Below, one piece after another: positions 1 through 8,068 of a DNA stretch of 64,000 nucleotides. Under the pieces are notes generated by a model, which saw only the letters and a program-made list of their open reading frames with translations, did no database searches and was not told the origin of the DNA. Numbering within the stretch: the first letter of the stretch is position 1; every line of letters starts with the position of its first letter. The translations under genes were made by a program, and so were the position numbers. The DNA comes from Alphaproteobacteria bacterium (GTDB taxonomy: Bacteria > Pseudomonadota > Alphaproteobacteria > VGDZ01). Location: positions 1,961-65,960 of the forward strand of contig VGDZ01000009.1 in the NCBI GenBank assembly GCA_016869515.1, given 5' to 3'.

Positions 1-2
1 TC

Positions 3-129
3 GCGTTTTGCTATGCCGAGGCGGCGGCTAATCTGCTGACCAATCCGCAGCTCGATCCGTACGGCGAGATTCCCGAATTCAAGTTCTGCGCCGCCAAGGT
101 CGAGAAAATCGGCGCATCGGCATCGCATT
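3..129 (+). CDS. 3' end of an upstream gene; only the last ~42 codons are present (...NLLTNPQLDPYGEIPEFKFCAAKVEKIGASASH*). Function not recognisable
   Basis: Open frame 3 from the window edge to TAG at 127-129. It is followed by a 16-nt gap containing AGGAGA before the next start. No family call is possible from 42 residues. Confidence 0.3.
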
Positions 130-145
130 AGGAGAAACCCGAAGC

Positions 146-922
146 ATGGCCGCTTTTTCCGTTCCCGATCTCGCCGGCAAGGTCTTTCTGGTCACCGGCG
201 CCTCGACCGGCATCGGCGCCGCCGTGGCGCGGGGTCTTGCCGCCCAGGGCGCGCGGGTCGCCGTGCACTACAATGCCAGCCGCGCCAAGGCCGAGGCAGT
301 GGTGGCGGATATCGCCAAGGGCGGCGGCGAGGGGCTGGCGGTGGCGGGCGATCTGAGCCGGGTCGGCGGGGCCGAGCCGGTGGTCGACCGCGCGGCTACG
401 CATTTCGGCCGGCTCGACGGGCTGATCAACAACGCAGGCTCCCTGGTCAAGCGCGTGCCGATCGCCGATTTCACCGAAGCGCTCTACGACGAAGTCATGA
501 ACCTCAACGTGCGCGCGGTGGTCGCCGCCAGCCGCGCCGCGATCCCGCATCTGCGCAAGGCCGGGGGCGGCGCGATCGTCAACACCACCTCGATCGCGGC
601 TCGCCATGGCGGCGGACCGGGGGCGGTGATGTACGCCTCGTCCAAGGGCTTCGTCAGCACCTTCACCCGCGGCCTGGCCAAGGAATTGGTCAAAGACAAT
701 ATCCGCGTCAACGCCGTCTCGCCCGGCGTCATCGCCACGCCGTTCCACGAGCGCTTCTCGACCGCCGAGCAGATCAAGGCCATGACCGCCACCATTCCGA
801 TGGGCCGCCTCGGCAGCAGCGAAGAATGCGTCGGCACTTATCTTTATTTGGCGTCCGCCGTATTGAGCGGCTACGTCACCGGCCAGGTGATCGAGGTCAA
901 TGGCGGCCAGTTGATGCCTTAG
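146..922 (+). CDS. Short-chain dehydrogenase/reductase (SDR) family oxidoreductase
   Basis: N-terminal Rossmann motif LVTGASTGIGAAVARGLAAQGARVAVHY and the NNAG motif. The SDR catalytic region has S...Y...K spacing and a PG motif (SPGVIATP). RBS AGGAGA lies upstream. Confidence 0.85.
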   Translation: MAAFSVPDLAGKVFLVTGASTGIGAAVARGLAAQGARVAVHYNASRAKAEAVVADIAKGGGEGLAVAGDLSRVGGAEPVVDRAATHFGRLDGLINNAGSLVKRVPIADFTEALYDEVMNLNVRAVVAASRAAIPHLRKAGGGAIVNTTSIAARHGGGPGAVMYASSKGFVSTFTRGLAKELVKDNIRVNAVSPGVIATPFHERFSTAEQIKAMTATIPMGRLGSSEECVGTYLYLASAVLSGYVTGQVIEVNGGQLMP

Positions 923-991
923 GCGCGTAACGCTTTACGCTCGCCGCCATCGACTCTAGACTGGCGGCCAAGAAATCGAGGGAGGCCGCCG

Positions 992-2146
992 ATGTCCGTC
1001 CGTTCCGCAGTTCTTGCAGCCGCTGGCTTGTGCTTGGCTCTGCCCGCTGCGGCCCAGGTCAAGCCGCCGGCGCAGATGGCCTGGACCGCCTACGATACCG
1101 GCTCCTCCGGTTTCAACATGGTGGTGGCGATCGGCCAGGCGTTCAAGAATGCCTACAATGCCGACATCCGCGTCCTGCCGGGTTCGAACGACATCGCGCG
1201 CCTGGCGCCGGTGCGCGCCAACCGCGCCCAGATCTCGGCCATGGGCATCGGCTCCTACTTCGCGATGGAAGGCATCGACGAATTCGGCGCCAAGGACTGG
1301 GGTCCGCAAAAGGTGCGCCGGCTGATGACCTCGCTGGCCGACAACAACATCGCGCTCGGCACCGCCAAGGACGCCAACATCAAGACCATGGCCGATCTCA
1401 AGGGCAAGCGCGTCGCTTGGGTGGTGGGCGCGCCGGCGCTGAACCGCAATACCGCGGCCTTCTTGGCCTTCGGCGGCCTGACCTGGGCCGACGTCAAGAA
1501 GGTCGAATTTTCGGGCTTCGGCGCGTCGTGGAAGGGGCTGGTCAACGGCGACGTCGACACCGCCATCGCCTCGACCATCACCGGCGTCAGCCGCGAACTG
1601 GAAGCGAGCCCGCGCGGCATGTTCTGGCCGCCGGTGGCGCATGCCGACAAGGCGGGTTGGGGGCGCCTCAACAAGGTGGCGCCCTATTACTTCCCCTCCA
1701 ACGCCACCGCCGGCACCGGCGGCATCTCGAAGTCGAGTCCGCACGAAGGCGCCAACTATCCCTATCCGATCGTGGTTGCGTATGACACCGCAGGTGCCGA
1801 TGTGGTCTACGCCGTGGTCAAAGGCATGATCGACACTTACGCCCAGTACAAGGACGCCGCGCCCGGCGCCGACGGTTTCGAACTCAAGCGGCAATTGCTG
1901 GATTGGGTGGTGCCCTATCACGACGGCACGGTGCGGGCCTTCAAGGAGGCCGGTCACTGGTCGGATGCGGCGCAAAAGCGCAATGACGACCTGATCAAGC
2001 GTCAGACCGTGTTGGCGCAGGCCTGGGAGAAGATGGCGGCGCAAAAGGGCCTGGCTGACGATGCCTACAAGCTGGCCTGGCAGAAGACCCGGGCCGAGAG
2101 CCTGCGCGCCGCCGGCATGGATCCGATCTGGGTGGATTGGGACTGA
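992..2146 (+). CDS. Periplasmic solute-binding protein, probably the TAXI-family receptor of a TRAP transporter
   Basis: Signal peptide MSVRSAVLAAAGLCLALPAAAQ. Size ~384 aa. Sits immediately upstream of a 672-aa fused 4TM/12TM TRAP permease, the canonical TAXI arrangement. RBS GGAGG lies upstream. Confidence 0.6.
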   Translation: MSVRSAVLAAAGLCLALPAAAQVKPPAQMAWTAYDTGSSGFNMVVAIGQAFKNAYNADIRVLPGSNDIARLAPVRANRAQISAMGIGSYFAMEGIDEFGAKDWGPQKVRRLMTSLADNNIALGTAKDANIKTMADLKGKRVAWVVGAPALNRNTAAFLAFGGLTWADVKKVEFSGFGASWKGLVNGDVDTAIASTITGVSRELEASPRGMFWPPVAHADKAGWGRLNKVAPYYFPSNATAGTGGISKSSPHEGANYPYPIVVAYDTAGADVVYAVVKGMIDTYAQYKDAAPGADGFELKRQLLDWVVPYHDGTVRAFKEAGHWSDAAQKRNDDLIKRQTVLAQAWEKMAAQKGLADDAYKLAWQKTRAESLRAAGMDPIWVDWD

Positions 2147-2179
2147 GCGCCGCTGGGGTCCAGCGCCGGCACCTAGATC

Positions 2180-4198
2180 GTGAGTCAACCCCACGCGCCG
2201 CCGGCCGAGCACGTCACGGCCGAGGCCGAAGGCGTGCGGCTGCGCGAATTGTCCGGCATCGCCAAGTGGGTGCTGATCGCCGCCACCGTCCTGTCGGTGT
2301 TGGTCTGCGTCAACCAGCTGTTCAGCTTCAATTTCCTGGTCGGCGCGGTGATGCTGGACAACCAGTATTTCTATTTGTTGATCGCGCTGCTGCTGCCGCT
2401 GACGTTCGTGCTGTTCCCGGCCGAGCTTGGTGCGCCGCCGCGCACCCATGTACCATGGTACGACACCGGGTTGGCGCTGGTGACCCTTGGCGCTTGCCTC
2501 TATTTCGTCGCCATCGGCCGCGCCGCCGCCGGCGGCGGCTGGGAATACGGCGCCTCGGCCGGCGCGCCCAAGCACGTGGTGTGGATGTCCTATCTGCTGT
2601 GGGCGCTGGTGACCGAGGCACTGCGCCGTACCGGCGGCTGGGGGTTGATGCTGTCGGTCAACGCCTGCGCGCTCTATCCGGTGGTGGCCGATCTGGTGCC
2701 GGGGCCGATCTCGGGCCTGGCCAGTTCGTTGCCGGATACGGCGGTCTATCACATGCTGTCGAGCGAGAGCCTGCTGGGCGTGGCGATCAAGGCCTTCGCC
2801 GAGTTGGTGATCGGGTTCCTGATCTTCGGCGTGGCGTTGCAGTACACCGGCGCCGGACCGTTTTTCATCAATTTCGCGTTTTCGCTGCTGGGCGGAGTGC
2901 GGGGCGGCGCCGCCAAGGTGGCGATCTTCGCCTCGGGCCTGCTGGGCTCGATGTCGGGCAGCGTGGTGTCGAACGTGCTGACCGCCGGCACCATGACCAT
3001 ACCGGCGATGAAGCGCACCGGATTTCCGGCCTCGACCGCGGCCTCGATCGAGGCCTGCGCCTCGACCGGCGCGGTGCTGATGCCGCCGGTGATGGGCGCT
3101 ACCGCCTTCGTCATGGCCTCGTTCCTCAACGTGCCCTACAGCCAGGTCGCGCTGGCGGCGGCGCTGCCCTCGATCTTCTACTATTTCGGCCTGTTCATGC
3201 AGATCGACAGCTATGCCGCGCGCCACGGCCTCAAGGGGCTGGATCGTTCCGAGCTGCCCAAACTTGGCCAAGTCCTCAAGGAGGGCTGGTACTACCTGTT
3301 CGTGGTGGCGCTGTTGGTGTGGATGCTGCTGGTGCTCAAGCGCGAAAGCCACGCGCCGTTCTATGCCACCGCGCTGCTGATCGCGATCAACCAGGTGCTG
3401 GGCAAGCAGCATCGCTGGGGTTGGCGCGAGCTTTTGGTGTTCATCGCGGCATCGGGCAAGCTGTTCGCCGAATTGGTCGCGATCCTGGCCGGGGTCGGGC
3501 TGCTGATCGGTGCCTTTTCTCTGACCGGCCTGACCGGGACCCTGACCAACGATCTGGTCTATCTCGCCGGCAACAACGTGCTGGTGCTGCTGGTGATGGG
3601 GGCGATAACCAGCTTCATCCTCGGCCTCGGCATGACCACCACCGCCTGCTACATCTTCCTTGCCGTTCTGCTGGCGCCAGGCCTGGTCAAGCAGGGGCTG
3701 GATCCGATGGCGGTGCACATGTTCATGCTCTATTGGGGCATGCTCAGCTTCATCACCCCGCCAGTGGCGCTGGCCAGTTTCGCCGCCGCCGGCATCGCCG
3801 GCTCGCCGCCGATGAAGACCAGTTGGGAGTCGATGTATGTCGGCTCGATCATTTATTTCATTCCGTTCTTTTTCGTGCTGGACAAGGCGCTGCTGCTGGA
3901 CGGCGATTGGCTGCACATCGTCGAGGTCGCGATCAGCATGACGATTGGCGTGATCGCGATCTGCGGCGGCCTGCAGGGCTATTTGCTGGCGGTCGGCGAT
4001 CTGCGGCGGGCCGGGTTGCTGGAATGGCCGATCCGTCTAGCTCTGATCGCCGGCGGGATGGCATTGGCGACACCCAGCCTGACCACGGTCGGTGTCTCGC
4101 AGGCGACGCTTAACGCCTGGGCGCTGGGGTTGACCCTGCCGGCGCTGGGGTTGGCCCTGGTGCTGGTACGCTTTCGTCCGGGGCGCCTCGGATCATAA
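2180..4198 (+). CDS. TRAP transporter fused permease subunit (DctQ-DctM-like 4TM/12TM fusion, TAXI-type)
   Basis: 672 aa and highly hydrophobic throughout, with many predicted TM helices. Length and architecture are typical of TAXI-TRAP fused permeases. Only 33 nt downstream of the binding-protein gene. Confidence 0.7.
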   Translation: MSQPHAPPAEHVTAEAEGVRLRELSGIAKWVLIAATVLSVLVCVNQLFSFNFLVGAVMLDNQYFYLLIALLLPLTFVLFPAELGAPPRTHVPWYDTGLALVTLGACLYFVAIGRAAAGGGWEYGASAGAPKHVVWMSYLLWALVTEALRRTGGWGLMLSVNACALYPVVADLVPGPISGLASSLPDTAVYHMLSSESLLGVAIKAFAELVIGFLIFGVALQYTGAGPFFINFAFSLLGGVRGGAAKVAIFASGLLGSMSGSVVSNVLTAGTMTIPAMKRTGFPASTAASIEACASTGAVLMPPVMGATAFVMASFLNVPYSQVALAAALPSIFYYFGLFMQIDSYAARHGLKGLDRSELPKLGQVLKEGWYYLFVVALLVWMLLVLKRESHAPFYATALLIAINQVLGKQHRWGWRELLVFIAASGKLFAELVAILAGVGLLIGAFSLTGLTGTLTNDLVYLAGNNVLVLLVMGAITSFILGLGMTTTACYIFLAVLLAPGLVKQGLDPMAVHMFMLYWGMLSFITPPVALASFAAAGIAGSPPMKTSWESMYVGSIIYFIPFFFVLDKALLLDGDWLHIVEVAISMTIGVIAICGGLQGYLLAVGDLRRAGLLEWPIRLALIAGGMALATPSLTTVGVSQATLNAWALGLTLPALGLALVLVRFRPGRLGS

Positions 4199-4239
4199 CG
4201 GCAGCGGCCACCTTGTACTGGCGCTGACCGACGGCGACC

Positions 4240-4475
4240 GCGACCTCGGCGGCAGGCCGATGAGGCAATGCGAGGAACACGTCGAGCGATCCGAGCGCGC
4301 GCATCGCCTCCAGCGCCGAAGGGTGGATCGTATCGTCGCGAAAATCCCGCAGGAAGTCGGCAGGCTTTTCCAGCACGACGACGCTGCACCCGGCGCGCGC
4401 CAGCAGGAGACCCAGCATCATTCCAGCCGGCCCGCCACCGGCGATGCAGCATTGGGCGGCGATGGTGGTGCTCAC
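4240..4475 (-). pseudogene. N-terminal remnant (~78 codons) of an FAD-dependent monooxygenase (UbiH/salicylate-hydroxylase-like)
   Basis: The ORF 4110..4475 starts MSTTIAAQCCIAGGGPAGMMLGLLLARAGCSVVVLEKPADFLRDFRDDTIHPSALEAM, a classic FAD-binding GxGxxG N-terminus. After ~78 aa it degenerates into Ala/Pro-rich sequence that is simply the antisense of the TRAP permease 3' end (permease stop at 4198). No downstream domains exist. Confidence 0.5.
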
Positions 4476-4483
4476 GGCACCGA

Positions 4484-5266
4484 TCAGTGGGCAGAGGCGA
4501 CCAGGAACAGTCGGCGAAAGGGAAACAGCGTGCGGCCATCGCCGGCGGGCGGATAGGCGGCGGCGACGCGCCTGGCGTAGTCAGCCAGAAAATCGGCCCG
4601 CAACTCGTTGGGCAGGGCCTCGATCAAGGGCCGCAGTGCCGTACCTTTGGTCCACTCGACCACCGGGTTGTCGCCTTCCAGCACGTGCAGATATTCGGTC
4701 TCCCACAGATCAAGCGTGGCGGCATGCGGCGCCAGCATTTCACGGTAGACCTGGGGCCGAGCCACCGGATTGGGTCTCAGCACCTTGGCGAGATAAGGTT
4801 GGAAACGGCGGTCGGCGGCGCTTTCGACCATGGCGGTATGCGAGGGCGCGCCGTGATTGCGCGGCATCTGCACCGCCAGAGCGCCGCCGCTACGCAGCAT
4901 TCCCATCAACTTGGGAAACAGCGAGGCGTGGTCGTCCAGCCAATGCAGTGCGGCATTGGAATAGATCAGCGCCACCGGCGCATCGGGCTGCCAGCGACCG
5001 ACATCGGCCTGGACGAAGACCACGCCGGGCAGCGTCTCGCGCGCCTTCTTGAGCATGGCGGGCGAAGAATCGACGCCCAGGATCGACCGATCCGGCCAGC
5101 GCCGGCGCAACAGCGCGGTGACGTTGCCGGCGCCGCAGCCGAGATCGACCACCGTGCCCTGGGCCGACAGATCGACCCGGCCAAGCAGGTCGACCGCGGG
5201 ACGCAAGCGGTGATCGGCGAATTTCAGGTACTGTGCGGGGTCCCAATTGGGAGCGGTGCGGTCCAT
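4484..5266 (-). CDS. tam: Trans-aconitate 2-methyltransferase
   Basis: N-terminus NWDPAQYLKFADHRLRPAVDLLGRV plus SAM-binding motif VVDLGCGAGNVTALL and the YSNAALHWL motif. These are characteristic of Tam. Length 260 aa. Confidence 0.8.
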   Translation of the reverse strand: MDRTAPNWDPAQYLKFADHRLRPAVDLLGRVDLSAQGTVVDLGCGAGNVTALLRRRWPDRSILGVDSSPAMLKKARETLPGVVFVQADVGRWQPDAPVALIYSNAALHWLDDHASLFPKLMGMLRSGGALAVQMPRNHGAPSHTAMVESAADRRFQPYLAKVLRPNPVARPQVYREMLAPHAATLDLWETEYLHVLEGDNPVVEWTKGTALRPLIEALPNELRADFLADYARRVAAAYPPAGDGRTLFPFRRLFLVASAH

Positions 5267-5272
5267 CCGGCC

Positions 5273-5767
5273 TCAAAAATCCAATGCGTCGCGGATCGCC
5301 GCGATGCCGTCCTTGGCGCAGATCTCGTCGGCCTCGCCGCCGGGCGCCCCCGATACCCCGACCGCGCCCACCGTCACTCCGGCAGCTTCGATCGGCAGCC
5401 CGCCGCCGATCGGCACCATGCCGGGCAGCGAACGCAAGCCCGACATCGGCCGGCCGGCCTGGCTTTGCTCGGCCAGTTCCAGCGTCCCGGTACGAAAGCT
5501 GACTGCGGTCCAGGCCTTGCCCTCGGCTGTACGCGGCGTATGCGGTCCGGCAAAGCGGTCGCGCAGCATGACCTGAGTAACGCCGAAGCGGTCGACCACC
5601 GCCACCGCCACCTGATAGCCGCGCTTGCGACAGGACTCGAGCGTCGCCCGCGCCAAGGTCAGCGCAGTTTCGGGCGAGAGCGACTTGTAGCCCACCAGCG
5701 CCTCCTCGGCGGTCGCGGCTGGACCAACGACCAACAGCAACATCAAAGCGGCGATGCGGGCGCGCAT
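5273..5767 (-). CDS. GlcG/HbpS-like heme-binding protein (DUF336), secreted
   Basis: Likely true start is MRARIAALMLLLVVGPAATA (signal peptide). The C-terminal motif GVTVGAVGVSGAPGGEADEICAKDGIAAI is typical of GlcG/DUF336. The ORF-track N-terminal extension is not supported. Confidence 0.65.
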   Translation of the reverse strand: MRARIAALMLLLVVGPAATAEEALVGYKSLSPETALTLARATLESCRKRGYQVAVAVVDRFGVTQVMLRDRFAGPHTPRTAEGKAWTAVSFRTGTLELAEQSQAGRPMSGLRSLPGMVPIGGGLPIEAAGVTVGAVGVSGAPGGEADEICAKDGIAAIRDALDF

Positions 5768-5825
5768 GGTGTTTTCCTTCCCTTCGCCCGAAATGCTAGC
5801 ATCTTTTTTCGAGACTGGCGCGATC

Positions 5826-6638
5826 ATGACGCAACTTTCCGCAGGCACGATCGAGGACTATCGCCGCGACGGCGCGGTGGCGCTGCGCGGCGTGATCGGC
5901 GCCGACTGGCTGGCGGCATTGGCCGAGGGCATCGAGCGCAACCTGCGCGACCCCGGTCCCTACGGCAAGCGCTACACCGAATCCGGCCAGCCCGGCCTGT
6001 TCTTCGGCGACTACTGCAATTGGCGGCGGATTCCGCAATATCGCGAATTCATGACCCGCGGGCCGGCGGCGGCCCTGGCAGCGCAACTGATGGGTTCGCG
6101 CAAGGTCAACCTGTTTCACGAGCATGTGCTGGTCAAGGAACCGGGTACGCTGGAACCGACGCCCTGGCACCAGGACCTGCCTTACTACTCGATCGACGGC
6201 ACGATGATGTGTTCGATGTGGATTCCGATCGACCCGGTGCCGGCGGCGACATGTCCGCAATACCTGGCCGGGTCGCATCGTTGGGGCAAGCTTTATGCGC
6301 CCAAGCGCTTCAAGGACCAGGCCTACCACCCGGGTACCGACCCCAACTTTTCGCCGCTGCCCGACATCGAGGCCGAGATCGCCGAGGGGCGCCATCGCGT
6401 CTTGCGCTGGGACCTGGCGCCGGGCGACTGCATCGCCTTCGACGGGCGCTCGCTGCATGGCGCGCCGCCCAATCCGCTCAGCCGTCGCCGCCGTGCCTTC
6501 TCGGCGCGCTGGACGGGCGACGACGTCACTTTCCTGCTGCGCCCCGGATTCATGTCGCCGCCTCCGCCCGAGAATCATCCGCCGGTCGGCGCACCGATGG
6601 ATTGCGAAGCCTTTCCGGTGGTGTATCGCGCGCCCTGA
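5826..6638 (+). CDS. Phytanoyl-CoA dioxygenase (PhyH) family Fe(II)/2-oxoglutarate-dependent oxygenase
   Basis: Start at MTQLSAGTIEDYRRDGAVALRGV. Contains HQDLPYY (His-x-Asp iron ligands) and a later SLHGAPPN His, giving PhyH-family motif spacing. Confidence 0.7.
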   Translation: MTQLSAGTIEDYRRDGAVALRGVIGADWLAALAEGIERNLRDPGPYGKRYTESGQPGLFFGDYCNWRRIPQYREFMTRGPAAALAAQLMGSRKVNLFHEHVLVKEPGTLEPTPWHQDLPYYSIDGTMMCSMWIPIDPVPAATCPQYLAGSHRWGKLYAPKRFKDQAYHPGTDPNFSPLPDIEAEIAEGRHRVLRWDLAPGDCIAFDGRSLHGAPPNPLSRRRRAFSARWTGDDVTFLLRPGFMSPPPPENHPPVGAPMDCEAFPVVYRAP

Positions 6639-6702
6639 TCCGATCCCGCGTCCGGGAGCGATCCGCGATCCGGCGGCATTCGTTCGCGCCGAAACGCGGT
6701 TG

Positions 6703-7347
6703 ATGCCGGTGCCGCATGCGCCCGAGATCGCACTTCATCTGGCCAGCGAGGCGACCGAACTTTGGCATCGCACCGAGGACGAACTCGATCGCATCGGCCT
6801 GCCGCCGCCCTATTGGGCCTTCGCCTGGGCCGGGGGGCAGGCGTTGGCGCGATACGTGCTGGATCATCGCTATCTGGTCGAAGGACGCACGGTGCTGGAT
6901 GTGGGGTCCGGTTCCGGGCTGGTGGCGATCGCGGCGATGAAAGCGGGTGCAAGGCGCGCCATCGCCGCCGAGATCGATCCCTTCGCGCAGACCGCGATCG
7001 CCATGAATGCCCAAGCCAACGGCGTCGCGGTCGAGGTTTTGGCCGAAGACCCGATCGGGCGCGACGACGCGGCCTGGCAGTCGGTGCTGGCCGGCGACAT
7101 GTGCTACGAGCAGCCGCTGGCCGAACGCGTTACCGATTGGCTGGCGACGCTGGCGGGCCAGGGCAGGGTAGTGCTGCTGGGCGATCCCGGCCGAACCTAT
7201 CTGCCCAGGGATCGGCTGGAAGCCCTGGCCGAATACCGCGTGCCGACCACGCGCGCGCTGGAGGATTTCGAGATCAAGCGCACCACGGTCTGGCGTTTCC
7301 GCCAGGCGGGCGGCGCTTCACCGGTCTGCTATCTGGACGAGGCATGA
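6703..7347 (+). CDS. Class I SAM-dependent methyltransferase (Methyltransf_16 / protein-lysine methyltransferase-like)
   Basis: Start MPVPHAPE at 6703. The motif YWAFAWAGGQALARYVL...RTVLDVGSGSGLVAIAA (GxGxG SAM site) is typical of the small-domain lysine-methyltransferase family. The upstream part of the 6295 ORF is antisense to PhyH and was rejected. Confidence 0.65.
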   Translation: MPVPHAPEIALHLASEATELWHRTEDELDRIGLPPPYWAFAWAGGQALARYVLDHRYLVEGRTVLDVGSGSGLVAIAAMKAGARRAIAAEIDPFAQTAIAMNAQANGVAVEVLAEDPIGRDDAAWQSVLAGDMCYEQPLAERVTDWLATLAGQGRVVLLGDPGRTYLPRDRLEALAEYRVPTTRALEDFEIKRTTVWRFRQAGGASPVCYLDEA

Positions 7348-7895
7348 TCCAATTCGTGTTGATCGCCGTGGTCTCGGCCGATGGCTTTATCGCGCGCCAT
7401 GCCGACGACGTTCCTGCTGCCTGGGCCAGCGCCGAGGAACAGGCGGTATTTGCGGCGTCCATGGCCGAAATCTCCTGGTCGTTCATGGGTCGCAACACCC
7501 ATCGCAACGCACTCAAGGCCGAAAGGCGGCGAGTGATCTTCAGCCGCCGCGTCGATGCCCCGCGCTGGGAGGGCGAACGCTGGCTGTGGGTCAATCCTGC
7601 CCGAACCGGGCTGAAGGAAATGATCGCCCTCACCGGAGCGACCGGGCGCTGCGCGGTGCTGGGCGGAACCGGGGTCTATGACTGGTTTCTCGAGCACGCA
7701 CGCTATGACACGGTCGATCTGTCGATCGAGCCGATACGCTTCGAAGGCGGGCTGCAGCTATTTTCGCGGGTGGCATGGCACGAGCTGGAGCGGCGTCTGG
7801 CCGAAAGCGGGCTGGAGCCCGGCGAGGACCGAATTCTCAATGCCGGCGGCACCCGCCATCGAACATGGCGCCGGGCAAGACCATTGATTGGCTAG
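7344..7895 (+). CDS. Dihydrofolate reductase family protein (RibD C-terminal-like domain)
   Basis: MIQFVLIAVVSADGFIARHADD... with the LGGTGVYDWFL motif. ATGA start/stop overlap with the methyltransferase suggests translational coupling. Confidence 0.7.
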   Translation: MIQFVLIAVVSADGFIARHADDVPAAWASAEEQAVFAASMAEISWSFMGRNTHRNALKAERRRVIFSRRVDAPRWEGERWLWVNPARTGLKEMIALTGATGRCAVLGGTGVYDWFLEHARYDTVDLSIEPIRFEGGLQLFSRVAWHELERRLAESGLEPGEDRILNAGGTRHRTWRRARPLIG

Positions 7896-7940
7896 GGGTT
7901 AGCCAGCCGTTTGCGCTTGATGATGGACGATTTGGGCTAT

Positions 7941-7946
7941 AATGAC
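7941..7946 (+). promoter_or_regulatory. Candidate sigma70 -10 hexamer TATAAT (with TTGATG/TTGCGC upstream) in front of the kor cluster
   Basis: The sequence reads ttgcgcttgatgatggacgatttgggcTATAATgacagc, about 120 nt upstream of the GTG start at 8069. A perfect consensus -10 is unusual in this GC-rich DNA. Spacing to the candidate -35 is non-ideal (15 or 21 nt). Confidence 0.3.
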
Positions 7947-8068
7947 AGCGGGTCTGAGGAGTCGAATTTTGGGCGGCGCCGACATCGACCAGGTCTGGCA
8001 AGGCGGGGTGGTCGACCCCATCCCGGCGATACCGGTTCCCGCCCCATTTCCGCCTAGGAGTTCCCGAG

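Noticed and set aside
956-3916. 986-aa minus-strand ORF spanning the TRAP-TAXI genes
   Set aside because: Extremely Arg/Gly/His/Gln-rich low-complexity translation (e.g. RGRGRGRK, HQQHQHVVAG). It is antisense to two well-supported genes and is a typical spurious long ORF in high-GC DNA.
6295-6702. N-terminal 136-codon extension of the methyltransferase ORF
   Set aside because: It is antisense or overlapping to the PhyH oxygenase gene and is Arg/Pro/Ser-rich. The methyltransferase homology begins at MPVPHAPE (6703).
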